Of a stretch of DNA of 64,000 bases, positions 41,343 through 49,438 are shown in pieces. This DNA is from Actinomycetota bacterium (GTDB lineage: Bacteria > Actinomycetota > AC-67): positions 345-64,344 of the forward strand of contig JBKKBZ010000101.1 of NCBI GenBank assembly GCA_046713235.1. Reading direction: 5' to 3'. Each line of letters opens with the position of its first letter. Within the stretch, counting starts at the first letter, position 1. Both the position numbers and the translations under genes were made by a program. The notes beneath the pieces were generated by a model. The model was not told where the DNA came from, did no database searches, and was given only the letters and a program-made list of their open reading frames with translations.

Positions 41343-41583
41343 CGGCTCGAGCCAGATGGGCACGCCGGTCTCGGTGACATTCCCCGATTGTGCGTGATGG
41401 TCGGCCACAATCCCCCCCACGCCGCACGCCGGCGGCCCAAAAGCGATGGTAAACGCCTCCGGCGAGCGGGTCCAGCCCAACTTGCCGGGATTGCCGCCTT
41501 GGTCTAGTGTTCCCACCCTAAGTGACTGCTCGTACTCATCGAGCGGTCCGGGGAGGGATCTAACGGTCCCGGAAGGAGGGGGT

Positions 41584-42096
41584 ATGCGTAAGCTTCTTCG
41601 TATCGCGGTAGTCGTCGTCGTCCTTGGAGGGCTCATGGCGGCCGGCCCAGCGGCCATGGCCGCCGGCCAGAGGCCGGAGACGTTCACAGAGCACCAGGAC
41701 GACTACACCGACACCTTCACCGATCTCGCGTGCATCGGCGGAGTGGAGCAGGAGGCAGTCATCAGCATCGTCGAGGACGGCGTCTTCCACGGCACGTTCT
41801 TCGAGGACGGCCGCCTGCACGTCACCGGGACCTTTGTCGGGCAGTTCATCGCAGACCCGGTAGACCCGGCGCTGCCGACGTACACCGGCCGCTACACGGT
41901 GTGGTTCGGCGAGAACCAGAACAAGAACGTTGACAACGGCACGTTCACGTTCCACGCCAACGGCTCCGCGCCCGACGGCTCCAAGGTGGCGTTCGGCGTC
42001 GTGCATCACATCACCGCCGGATCGATCGACTGGACGGACGACGAGCCGGTCCTCACAGACCTGCGCTCCGAGGTAGATCTCCACCGCTGCAAGTAA
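41584..42096 (+). CDS. secreted hypothetical protein
   Basis: Signal peptide MRKLLRIAVVVVVLGGLMAAGPAAMA. Followed in the same frame, after one TAA, by the next ORF. Confidence 0.5.
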   Translation: MRKLLRIAVVVVVLGGLMAAGPAAMAAGQRPETFTEHQDDYTDTFTDLACIGGVEQEAVISIVEDGVFHGTFFEDGRLHVTGTFVGQFIADPVDPALPTYTGRYTVWFGENQNKNVDNGTFTFHANGSAPDGSKVAFGVVHHITAGSIDWTDDEPVLTDLRSEVDLHRCK

Positions 42097-42228
42097 CGCA
42101 CCACGCTTTCCGACGGCCCGGCGACCCGCCCCGTCGCCGATCCGACGCCGGCCGTTCCGACTCCATCACCGGCGGAGACTCCGTGCCGCGAGGCGCTCGG
42201 GCGAGCCGACCCTCCGCCGGGCGTTCGC

Positions 42229-42612
42229 GTGACCCTGCACGCGAAGCCGGCCACGCTCGGGCGAAACGAAGAGCTGCGCTTCACGGTAAGCCTCCGCAAC
42301 GGAGGGCCGAGTGCCGTCGGCTTCTATCGAGGCCGCGACTGGGTCGATCTGTGGATCTACCGCGGCGACGAGTTCATCTGGACGAAGAGCAAGGCCGGCG
42401 GCTTCTACACCCGGGAGGCCTTGATCGAGTCTCTCGCGCCGGGCGACAGCCGGGCCGAGGACGTGACGTGGGACCAATCCTCGAACTGCCCTGGGGCTCC
42501 ACCCACGGTGACGGCCGGCCGCTATTTCGCCCGCGCGTCGCTCAAGGTGGAGACGGCGTCGGGAACCGTCACGTGGTGGTCCGAGGCGATCCAGTTCACC
42601 ATCCGCCCATGA
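42229..42612 (+). CDS. beta-sandwich domain protein (BsuPI/intracellular-proteinase-inhibitor-like), possibly C-terminal part of the upstream gene
   Basis: Same frame as 41584-42096 and separated only by TAA at 42094-42096, with an open Pro/Thr-rich linker in between. GTG start. Confidence 0.4.
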   Translation: MTLHAKPATLGRNEELRFTVSLRNGGPSAVGFYRGRDWVDLWIYRGDEFIWTKSKAGGFYTREALIESLAPGDSRAEDVTWDQSSNCPGAPPTVTAGRYFARASLKVETASGTVTWWSEAIQFTIRP

Positions 42613-42674
42613 GATCCCCGGCCGCAATCGGGGGTGGCATCGTGCTCCTTATCCTCGGTTCGCGGTCGAGGTAC

Positions 42675-42708
42675 GCATAACGGGTTCGGTTCCAGCCGCA
42701 AGTTATAC
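42675..42708 (-). repeat. attC-11, truncated (about 34 bp) terminal attC-like site
   Basis: gcataac gggttcg gttccagccgcaa gttatac has the arms of the family-A attC with the central region missing. Confidence 0.5.
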
Positions 42709-42721
42709 GGGCCCCTCGAGC

Positions 42722-43273
42722 TCATGCTGGGACCAACCTAACCCACCAATCGCGATTTCGAATAGTGCAGGGCTTGAGATCAGAAAGCGCTTGATAGCCG
42801 GTCGGGTATTGATTGCCGGGCCCGTAGTTCGAGACGTAGCCGATACGACAGTTACCGAGCATGAGTTCCTTGAACGGGTGCTGTGCCTCGTCGAGGTCTA
42901 TGCCGAAGCGGGTTGTCTCAACGAGACAGAGCGTCTTCCCTGAATCGGATTCACTTAGGTACGTGTCGTGTTCGGAGTTTCCCCAGTCGATTGAGCCCTT
43001 GGGACAATCGGGCGCGGGGCCGGGCGTTAGCGTGAAGGCTGCCGAAGGCGCCTGAGTCGGCGTCGTGGATGTCTGGGTGCGAGGACTGGAAGGTCGGCCC
43101 TCGATTCGAGACGATGGACACGCACCGAGTGTTATAGGCAAGAGCCCGACTGCGATCACGGTCCGCCATGTCATGAGCATCTGCACCTCAAGTGAGTTGA
43201 CCCGATGGCCCTCAATAGCAGCTGTGGCCCAGTCCCGAGCATGTCCTTTCGGGCAAGCGAGGCTCACTTTCAA
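42722..43273 (-). CDS. cassette 11: lipoprotein, unknown function
   Basis: MLMTWRTVIAVGLLPITLGAC lipobox. Lower GC. Confidence 0.5.
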   Translation of the reverse strand: MKVSLACPKGHARDWATAAIEGHRVNSLEVQMLMTWRTVIAVGLLPITLGACPSSRIEGRPSSPRTQTSTTPTQAPSAAFTLTPGPAPDCPKGSIDWGNSEHDTYLSESDSGKTLCLVETTRFGIDLDEAQHPFKELMLGNCRIGYVSNYGPGNQYPTGYQALSDLKPCTIRNRDWWVRLVPA

Positions 43274-43290
43274 ATACTAGGCAGGCTCCG

Positions 43291-43365
43291 CCCAACGGTT
43301 TGGCGGCTGAGCAGCCGGGAGCGCGCGCAGCGCGCGAGCGGTCTGTTCCAGTCGCAAGTTAGACG
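43291..43365 (-). repeat. attC-10
   Basis: gcccaac ggtttggcggctgagcagcc ... gttccagtcgcaa gttagac. Confidence 0.7.
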
Positions 43366-43919
43366 GTGGAGATTCCCGCCAACACTTCGCTAATCGCAAG
43401 ATTAGAGTCCTCCAGCCAGACGATGCATCCCTCCGGGTTCTGATCGATTCCCCAGGTCGTGTGTTCAACAAGCTCTCTGGGCACCCAGGCTAGAAGATAG
43501 GGGCTTGGGTAGCGTCGTAGTTCGCGCCGTTCTTCGATCATTGCGACCCAGGTGTCCCAGGGTGGACAGTTATGCGTATCAAAGAAGCCAGCCGATGAGT
43601 CCTGCGCAGCGCCATCAGCGAGCTCGTCATTGGGGAAATAGACCAGCAGGCGTCCAGAGTCTAATGCGCGAGGAACTTCAGTCGAGCGCAACACTTGATG
43701 GCTCCGTAGGACTCCAACATGCCGTACCGCCGAAAAGTAGTCTGCTTCCAGAACCCGCGGACGAGTTTCGTCTCGACGTAAGCATTCCGCCGGATGCGCG
43801 ACATCTACATGCTTCACGCACCAAAGAATCGTTTCGCGAAGTCGAAGCGCTAGCGGATCAAGGGACTCGGAGAGATTCGGCTCGGATCGTCGAATCTTCT
43901 TTGCGAACGACCGCGTCAT
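43359..43919 (-). CDS. cassette 10: hypothetical protein (186 aa)
   Basis: The ORF fills the cassette and its stop lies in the attC box. No family recognised. Confidence 0.5.
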   Translation of the reverse strand: MTRSFAKKIRRSEPNLSESLDPLALRLRETILWCVKHVDVAHPAECLRRDETRPRVLEADYFSAVRHVGVLRSHQVLRSTEVPRALDSGRLLVYFPNDELADGAAQDSSAGFFDTHNCPPWDTWVAMIEERRELRRYPSPYLLAWVPRELVEHTTWGIDQNPEGCIVWLEDSNLAISEVLAGISTV

Positions 43920-43924
43920 GATCC

Positions 43925-43985
43925 GTCTAACGACTTGGGCGCTGACCCGCCGGCGAAGCCGGTCGGGTCCAGCGGCGAGTTCTAC
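43925..43985 (-). repeat. attC-9 (family B, short)
   Basis: gtctaac gacttgggcgctgacccgcc ... gggtccagcggcga gttctac. Confidence 0.65.
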
Positions 43986-43997
43986 GGCCGGGAGTCC

Positions 43998-44210
43998 TCA
44001 AAGCAGCTTCCGAAACTCTTCGATCGTGAGGCCAGCGTCCCGAGCGATTCCACCCATCGTGAGGGCGTTGATTGGGTTCGCGCGCGGAATCGTCAAGATG
44101 CGGCGGCCATCCGACATCACGATGTGCTTCCCCTCGCGAATGACTTCGAAGCCTGCTTTGCGAAGAGCTCGAACCGCACGCTGATGCGAGATGCCGGGAA
44201 TGCTGGGCAT
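43998..44210 (-). CDS. hicA: cassette 9: HicA mRNA-interferase toxin
   Basis: GKHIVMSDGRRILTIPRANPINALTMGGIARDAGLTIEEF is HicA-like. Confidence 0.8.
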   Translation of the reverse strand: MPSIPGISHQRAVRALRKAGFEVIREGKHIVMSDGRRILTIPRANPINALTMGGIARDAGLTIEEFRKLL

Positions 44211-44413
44211 CAGAGGGCGACTTCGATCTCCCGAACTTCCGCTCCTTCGAGCTGCTCGTCGGCGACCGAAAGGTAGGCCTGAATCGCGTCGCGGATGTTC
44301 TCGATAGCCTCGTCCTCATCCTTACCCTGTGACCAGCATCCTGGGAGACCGGGCACGGAGACAGCGACGCCTTCATCCGAACGGTGGAGAGCGATCTTGT
44401 AGCGAACCGTCAT
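44210..44413 (-). CDS. hicB: cassette 9: HicB-like antitoxin (UPF0150)
   Basis: MTVRYKIALHRSDEGVAVSVPGLPGCWSQGKDEDEAIENIRDAI is HicB N-domain-like. Overlaps the hicA start. Confidence 0.75.
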   Translation of the reverse strand: MTVRYKIALHRSDEGVAVSVPGLPGCWSQGKDEDEAIENIRDAIQAYLSVADEQLEGAEVREIEVAL

Positions 44414-44441
44414 ACCCGCATTCTACTCCCGCCGTCCGTCC

Positions 44442-44510
44442 GTTCAACGGCTTGGGAGCTGAGCCGCGCGAGCCCGCAGGGCGAGCGTCGGTTCCAGCCG
44501 CAAGTTGTGC
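44442..44510 (-). repeat. attC-8
   Basis: gttcaac ggcttgggagctgagccgcg ... ggttccagccgcaa gttgtgc. Confidence 0.7.
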
Positions 44511-44571
44511 GGCGACCGATCAGGCGCCTTGGAATTGCACAACGGATTCTCCTCCGGTGACGCGATCGGAC

Positions 44572-45117
44572 TCATGATGCGGTCGGATCACGCGGCTTGT
44601 CCATCGCACTCGCGAGACGCCACGACCCAAGAATCGCTAGCGAGGCACCGCCGACTAGGAGCGCCCACTGCGCGAGCCACCCTGGGTCCGGTCTTCGAGG
44701 GACAGGAGTGCCGGCGCCGAGCACGGACTCGGCCTCCCGAACAGCGGTCGAACCGCGCAGATACTCCGTGCAGAGATTCAGCGGCTGCGGGCTGCCGTTT
44801 GGCTGCGAGACGATGACGTAATCGACCTGCGAGACACTCGTTCCACAGGTGTCCCCACCGCCGCCGGCCACTTTCACTCGCAGATTCGAACGGGCAGGAC
44901 CTTTGAGGACCCGAAGCACGCGGAAGCTCGCGCCGGAAAAGAGATCGATAGAGCGGGGACGCGCGACGTAGACCGCGTCGGCCTCGGTGACCACGTCAGA
45001 GACAGACCCGCGAACGCACGAGCAGGCATGGGCAGGGCTGGAAGAACCTATGAGGAATCCGACGGCTGCCAAGACAGTGAGACTGATGACTCGCGGCCGG
45101 CGCCACATGAGTTTCAC
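44572..45117 (-). CDS. cassette 8: secreted hypothetical protein (C-terminal TM)
   Basis: Signal peptide (ISLTVLAAVGFLIGSSSPAHA) and C-terminal hydrophobic helix. Confidence 0.5.
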   Translation of the reverse strand: MKLMWRRPRVISLTVLAAVGFLIGSSSPAHACSCVRGSVSDVVTEADAVYVARPRSIDLFSGASFRVLRVLKGPARSNLRVKVAGGGGDTCGTSVSQVDYVIVSQPNGSPQPLNLCTEYLRGSTAVREAESVLGAGTPVPRRPDPGWLAQWALLVGGASLAILGSWRLASAMDKPRDPTAS

Positions 45118-45130
45118 GAACTAGCAGTCC

Positions 45131-45206
45131 GCACAACGGACTTGGCGCTCAGCGGCGGCGGCTCGCCGAAGGCCAGCCGTCCGTCCGTTGCAGCGCCTTG
45201 TTAGGC
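45131..45206 (-). repeat. attC-7 (family B)
   Basis: gcacaac ggacttggcgctcagcggcg ... cgttgcagcgcctt gttaggc. Confidence 0.65.
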
Positions 45207-45212
45207 AGCAAG

Positions 45213-45554
45213 TCATGCCGACTCCTTCTGGTATTGGGCATCGAGGTGCTGCGCAAGGTTGAGGACCTCCCGCCACTCCGGTAGCTTGAGTAGATCCGTG
45301 ACGCTTGAGACTCCAGACCCGGAAGCCTCAACAAGCAGCCCATAGAGACGAGCCAGGTCTTTCAACTCGTCCTCGGTGAATGCAGCGAGGAAGGCGGGGC
45401 TCTTCGGGTGGTAGAGGTCAGCACAAAACATGTCGACCAACTCCCCAGGGACATACGCGATCGGGACATTTTGCTCATATTTCAGCTGCCCCGACGGATG
45501 GGCAAGAAGGTGGATGTGCTCCCGCACTGCCCTCCGAATCTCATGAGGTTCCAT
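45213..45554 (-). CDS. cassette 7: hypothetical protein (113 aa)
   Basis: ORF fills the cassette. No family recognised. Confidence 0.45.
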   Translation of the reverse strand: MEPHEIRRAVREHIHLLAHPSGQLKYEQNVPIAYVPGELVDMFCADLYHPKSPAFLAAFTEDELKDLARLYGLLVEASGSGVSSVTDLLKLPEWREVLNLAQHLDAQYQKESA

Positions 45555-45559
45555 GGTCT

Positions 45560-45616
45560 GCCTAACGACTTGGCGCGTCAGCGGCGCGAAGCGTCCGTTG
45601 CACGCGCTTGTTAAAC
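45560..45616 (-). repeat. attC-6 (family B, 57 bp)
   Basis: gcctaac gacttggcgcgtcagcggcg cgaagcgtc cgttgcacgcgctt gttaaac. Confidence 0.65.
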
Positions 45617-46033
45617 CGTGGCGCTGATTCGAATCTCATATCTCGTCCCTGTTCCTAACATGTTTTCTCGAGTCAGGCGCCCAAGTTCCGCGGGGGTTAC
45701 TGCAACGGTCTCCGCTGGTTCAGCAGGATCCCACATGGCCTCGATCCACAAATCAGCCGGCCCCTCGGACGCGAGGGTCTCGAGGGCGATGGCGAGGGGT
45801 TCGAGAATCTCCGATCGCAGGGTCCAATTCGGCGCGTCCCAGTCCACCTCCGCGGGGAGAAAGTCGCCGTCCGTGGACAAGACGCCTCGAATCAAACCCC
45901 GGTCCCTGAAGAATCGGGGCCGGGGATCAACGTGGATTTCCAACCCGCTCTTGCTAGCGAGCCCAGCTGCCCTCTCCAGGGCCTCACGATTCTCGGCACT
46001 CGTGACAGCCCGAATGACGAAACTCAAGCGCAA
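45611..46033 (-). CDS. cassette 6: hypothetical protein (140 aa)
   Basis: Stop codon lies inside the attC box. Confidence 0.45.
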   Translation of the reverse strand: MRLSFVIRAVTSAENREALERAAGLASKSGLEIHVDPRPRFFRDRGLIRGVLSTDGDFLPAEVDWDAPNWTLRSEILEPLAIALETLASEGPADLWIEAMWDPAEPAETVAVTPAELGRLTRENMLGTGTRYEIRISATV

Positions 46034-46043
46034 GCCTTCATCG

Positions 46044-46145
46044 GTTTAACGGTTTGGCGGATGAGCCGCCACGCATCGCGCCCGCACAGCCGAAGATGAA
46101 CGGGCGTCGGGCGCGATCGTGGTCGGTTCCATCCGCAAGTTGTAC
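46044..46145 (-). repeat. attC-5 (family A, about 102 bp)
   Basis: gtttaac ggtttggcggatgagccgcc ... ggttccatccgcaa gttgtac. Confidence 0.7.
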
Positions 46146-46164
46146 GGCACGTTGTTGACCCCCG

Positions 46165-46485
46165 CTACGGTGTCGAGGTCCGAGGCCATCTGAGGATAGC
46201 GCGTGAGACAACTACGACGGCCCCTCCGGCTGCGAGTCCACCTACAGCAACGAGGAAGGCGTACACCATGCGACGGTTGTGTTCAGCGTCGCACTCATCG
46301 TCGTGTCCGGGCACGTGCGGATTCTTTGGAGCGAAGACTATCCCGCACGAAACGATTTGCTCCTCAACATAGCCAGCGCCTTTCGTCTCACCAGCCGGGT
46401 AGGTGTGGTGTGTCGGTACCAAGGCGAGGGCGAGCCCGGACAGTAGACCCATCGCCGCGAGTGCTATTGCTATTCGTCGGTTCAT
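46165..46485 (-). CDS. cassette 5: small signal-peptide/TM protein
   Basis: MNRRIAIALAAMGLLSGLALALVP with a C-terminal TM. Start chosen inside the cassette. Confidence 0.45.
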   Translation of the reverse strand: MNRRIAIALAAMGLLSGLALALVPTHHTYPAGETKGAGYVEEQIVSCGIVFAPKNPHVPGHDDECDAEHNRRMVYAFLVAVGGLAAGGAVVVVSRAILRWPRTSTP

Positions 46486-46599
46486 ATGGGCATCCTCCCC
46501 CAGTGGACAGCGCACGTCCATGACCCTTCGGGCAGTCCGGTGGCGCTCCCCAGGCACCAGAGTCGACGCCGCGTCCCGGGTGTCCGTTTCTATTGGTCC

Positions 46600-46701
46600 G
46601 TACAACGGATTAGCGACTGAGCCGCCGCGTATCGCGCCGGCAAAGCCGAGGTCGAGGGGGCATCGGGCGCGATCGCGGTCGGTTCCAGTCGCAAGTTAGA
46701 C
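46600..46701 (-). repeat. attC-4 (family A, about 102 bp)
   Basis: gtacaac ggattagcgactgagccgcc ... ggttccagtcgcaa gttagac. Confidence 0.7.
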
Positions 46702-46729
46702 GGCGCCCAGTTCAGAGTTCTCGGCGATC

Positions 46730-47404
46730 TCATCTGTCGTCCCTATCCCGTTCAAGAGCCTTCTTTCTTCGACGATACCCAAGGAATGCTGAAATCACAG
46801 CTATCCCTAAGGCCCACGGGAGCCCTCCGACGAGGACTGCTTCTGGCCAAGACACCGGATCAGATGACGTGAATTTGTCCTGCGCCGCACCGGCGAACAG
46901 CAAGCCGACAAACAAACCCAAGGTTATGAGAAGGTCGCGGATTGGATGGTAGGAAGGTATGAACTCAGCGGCGGGCGTGTCCCGATGCTCGGCGGTGCTG
47001 CGTAGTAGTTTTCGGAGATGCTGCAAATCATGTTCAAGGACGCCGATCTCAATTTCAGCCGTCTCGCTCTTGGCAAGCTCGACGACAGCGTCGGGGTTCA
47101 TGCCCCACGCTTCTTTCAATTTGGGTTGTCGTGGGGCCGCTGACGTTGGAACGAGCTTCAGCCGGACATACTTCGAAGGTATCGGGATTCGTGTCCAGAC
47201 GAACACGCCGTTCTCCATCCATCCGATTCCGTTTCGCCAGTGGCGCGCCAAACCTCGTTCCTCGCCGGAGGCGACCCTCAGGCCGCATTCAATCCAGCCT
47301 GGGTGCAACTTCCGAAGCCGAAATCGTCGACGAATCAGGATCCCGAAGAACCCAAATACCGTGACCGGAACGATGATGCCGCCGACGAGCACTAGGGAAT
47401 CCAT
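46730..47404 (-). CDS. cassette 4: multi-pass membrane protein (224 aa)
   Basis: N- and C-terminal TM helices. No family recognised. Confidence 0.5.
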   Translation of the reverse strand: MDSLVLVGGIIVPVTVFGFFGILIRRRFRLRKLHPGWIECGLRVASGEERGLARHWRNGIGWMENGVFVWTRIPIPSKYVRLKLVPTSAAPRQPKLKEAWGMNPDAVVELAKSETAEIEIGVLEHDLQHLRKLLRSTAEHRDTPAAEFIPSYHPIRDLLITLGLFVGLLFAGAAQDKFTSSDPVSWPEAVLVGGLPWALGIAVISAFLGYRRRKKALERDRDDR

Positions 47405-47411
47405 GAAGTCC

Positions 47412-47513
47412 GTCTAATGGATTAGCGGCTGAGCCGCGGCGCGTCGCGCCGCGAAAGCATCGGCTCCGATACGGTCGGGCGCGACCGCCGTCGGTTCCAG
47501 CCGCAAGTTGTAC
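47412..47513 (-). repeat. attC-3 (family A) with degenerate core box (ATTAGAC on array strand instead of GTTAGAC)
   Basis: Plus strand reads gtctaat where the paralogs read gtctaac/gtacaac. The first G of the GTT triplet is replaced by A. Confidence 0.65.
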
Positions 47514-47519
47514 GGCCCA

Positions 47520-47980
47520 TTAATCGGCAGAACTGCCGAGGTAGCGCACATCGTCGAACCCTTCGTGTAGGTCCTTCCAGAAGTCGTCACGCAAGATCTC
47601 AGGATAGACGAGCACGTCCCTGAGCTCATCCTGATTAAACCACCGCGTGGTCCGCTGAAGGTCATTGGGGACATCTCGTTGGGATCCGGGTTGCCGGGAC
47701 TCGTGTCCGTCTGACAAGAAATAGAGCTCAAGCCAGCGAGTATCACGAATCGAATCCCAGAACTCGCGCAAGTAGATAAGCCGGCCGATCTCTACAAGAA
47801 GCCCTGCTTCCTCAAACACCTCGCGCTGGGCGCCGGCGAATAGGGTCGAGTCAGGTTCCTCGAGCCCACCACCGGGCGGTATCCAGTATTCATCACCAGT
47901 CCGCGGGTCGACTTCGCGCACAAGGAGTAACCGGTCTGCGTCGACGATCAGAACCGAAGTCCTAACACCTTGTTTCATTG
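47520..47980 (-). CDS. cassette 3: NUDIX hydrolase
   Basis: Nudix box GGGLEEPDSTLFAGAQREVFEEAGL. Confidence 0.7.
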
Positions 47981-48688
47981 GGTTGGCCGTCCAGCACTCC
48001 GTTCCCAGATTCCTTCCCACTGCACCCATGTGCCCGTCTGCGGCTGTTCACGTAGGGTCGCAACCTCCCGCAGCGCCAACGCGGGCCCGAATCCATCGTG
48101 CGTCAGTGCTTCGAGTTCTTGGCGTGAGAAGAAGTGGATCGGGATCCCATCTTTGGATCCTTCCTGATAACGAATCGCCAGACCGCCCTTCGGGTTCTGG
48201 CTTAGGACCTCATGCCGTCGCCCAATTTCCGTCGAAACTGAGTTCACGCGGAGGAAGAATAGTCCACGTGGACGAAGGAGCCGCTGTGCCTTCTCAAAAT
48301 AAGCGTAGGCTTCGGACTCAGTCCCGTGTTGGAAGACCTGAATCGCAATTAGGTAGTCGAAGTCATGCGGACTGGAGAAGTTAACGAAGTCTACGCACAG
48401 CAACCGGTCGTCCGCGTCGGGCGGCAGCTTCGACCGCAATTGGGCGATGGCTTCCGGTGAGCTGTCGATTCCAACCAGATTCAATCCGGCAGAATGGAGG
48501 GGGACGAAGTTACGGCCGTTCCCGCATCCAACGTACAGCCCTTTCCCCGATTGAACGAGAGGCCGCGACTGGAGGGTGGTGGTGATATCGCGGACGAAGG
48601 GCAAGGGCGGCTCACTCGCATAGCGGCCGAGTCGGTATTCGTTATCCCAGCTCCTTGAAACAGAATCGCGTTTCACGCGTGATCTCAT
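47975..48688 (-). CDS. cassette 3: class I SAM-dependent methyltransferase
   Basis: Motif I LYVGCGNGRN. Stop abuts the NUDIX start with no attC in between. Confidence 0.7.
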   Translation of the reverse strand: MRSRVKRDSVSRSWDNEYRLGRYASEPPLPFVRDITTTLQSRPLVQSGKGLYVGCGNGRNFVPLHSAGLNLVGIDSSPEAIAQLRSKLPPDADDRLLCVDFVNFSSPHDFDYLIAIQVFQHGTESEAYAYFEKAQRLLRPRGLFFLRVNSVSTEIGRRHEVLSQNPKGGLAIRYQEGSKDGIPIHFFSRQELEALTHDGFGPALALREVATLREQPQTGTWVQWEGIWERSAGRPTQ

Positions 48689-48723
48689 CGCCCTTCACCT
48701 ACAGTTGCGGTGGTGGCTGGTCC

Positions 48724-48790
48724 GTACAACGGATTGGCGGCTGAGCCGCGCGAGGCGTAGCCGAGCGGCGGTTCCAGCCGAGAGTTATGC
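48724..48790 (-). repeat. attC-2 (family A, short)
   Basis: gtacaac ggattggcggctgagccgcg ... ggttccagccgaga gttatgc. Confidence 0.7.
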
Positions 48791-49213
48791 CGTGGCGCAA
48801 CCTACCTCCCACCCGAACACGGTAGCGCGCGTGTGAATTGGGTGAATGAGCGCATCGACATCAGATGAAGCGCGCGTGCCGAGCTGGATACCGAGGACAT
48901 CCGTGGCGATCAACTCGAACGAGCGGACCAGCGGCTCAAAGTCGACCTCTGGCGGGTTGTGTGAGTAAGTCACCACGACGACACCACGGCGTTCGACTGC
49001 CCGAAGCTGCACAAGCTTCAAGCAGTCACCGAGCGTGCTCACGTTGCCTGCATAGGGATGCAAGAGGTTCTCCGACCAGTGCTCCGCTGGTTTTCCATTG
49101 TCTCCGAACGGCCGCACAATCTTGAACTCAAGCGCCCAGTGTCCGGGGATGAGGAGATCTGGCTGGCGCATGGTGCGAGCGCGCGCGTACTCCGAATGGC
49201 TCCCGGCAAGCAC
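48785..49213 (-). CDS. cassette 2: hypothetical protein (142 aa)
   Basis: Stop codon within the attC box. Confidence 0.5.
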   Translation of the reverse strand: MLAGSHSEYARARTMRQPDLLIPGHWALEFKIVRPFGDNGKPAEHWSENLLHPYAGNVSTLGDCLKLVQLRAVERRGVVVVTYSHNPPEVDFEPLVRSFELIATDVLGIQLGTRASSDVDALIHPIHTRATVFGWEVGCATA

Positions 49214-49360
49214 ACGGCCGATGCGCGCAACAAGCTGCGGCTCGCCGAATGGACCAGCGCCTGGCTGGAATGCTTTGTGTGCCTCGCCGGACGAGTCGAC
49301 GGCCTTAAGCGCAGCACCGATGCGCGCAATGAGCTCGTTCAGCGTTCACTCCTGGGATCG

Positions 49361-49438
49361 GTATAACGGTCTGGCGGCTGAGCAGCCAGGTAAGCGCGCG
49401 AAGCGCGCGTCCTGGTCTGTTCCAGTCGCGAGTTAAAC
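49361..49438 (-). repeat. attC-1
   Basis: gtataac ggtctggcggctgagcagcc ... gttccagtcgcga gttaaac. Confidence 0.7.

Noticed and set aside
43255-43365. Apparent 1-nt discrepancy between my hand count of the printed sequence and the ORF-track frame near 43259-43360
   Set aside because: Most likely my own counting error when reading 10-mer blocks. I have no evidence of a real indel. The consequence is that attC and cassette coordinates in 43.2-43.9 kb may be off by 1 nt.
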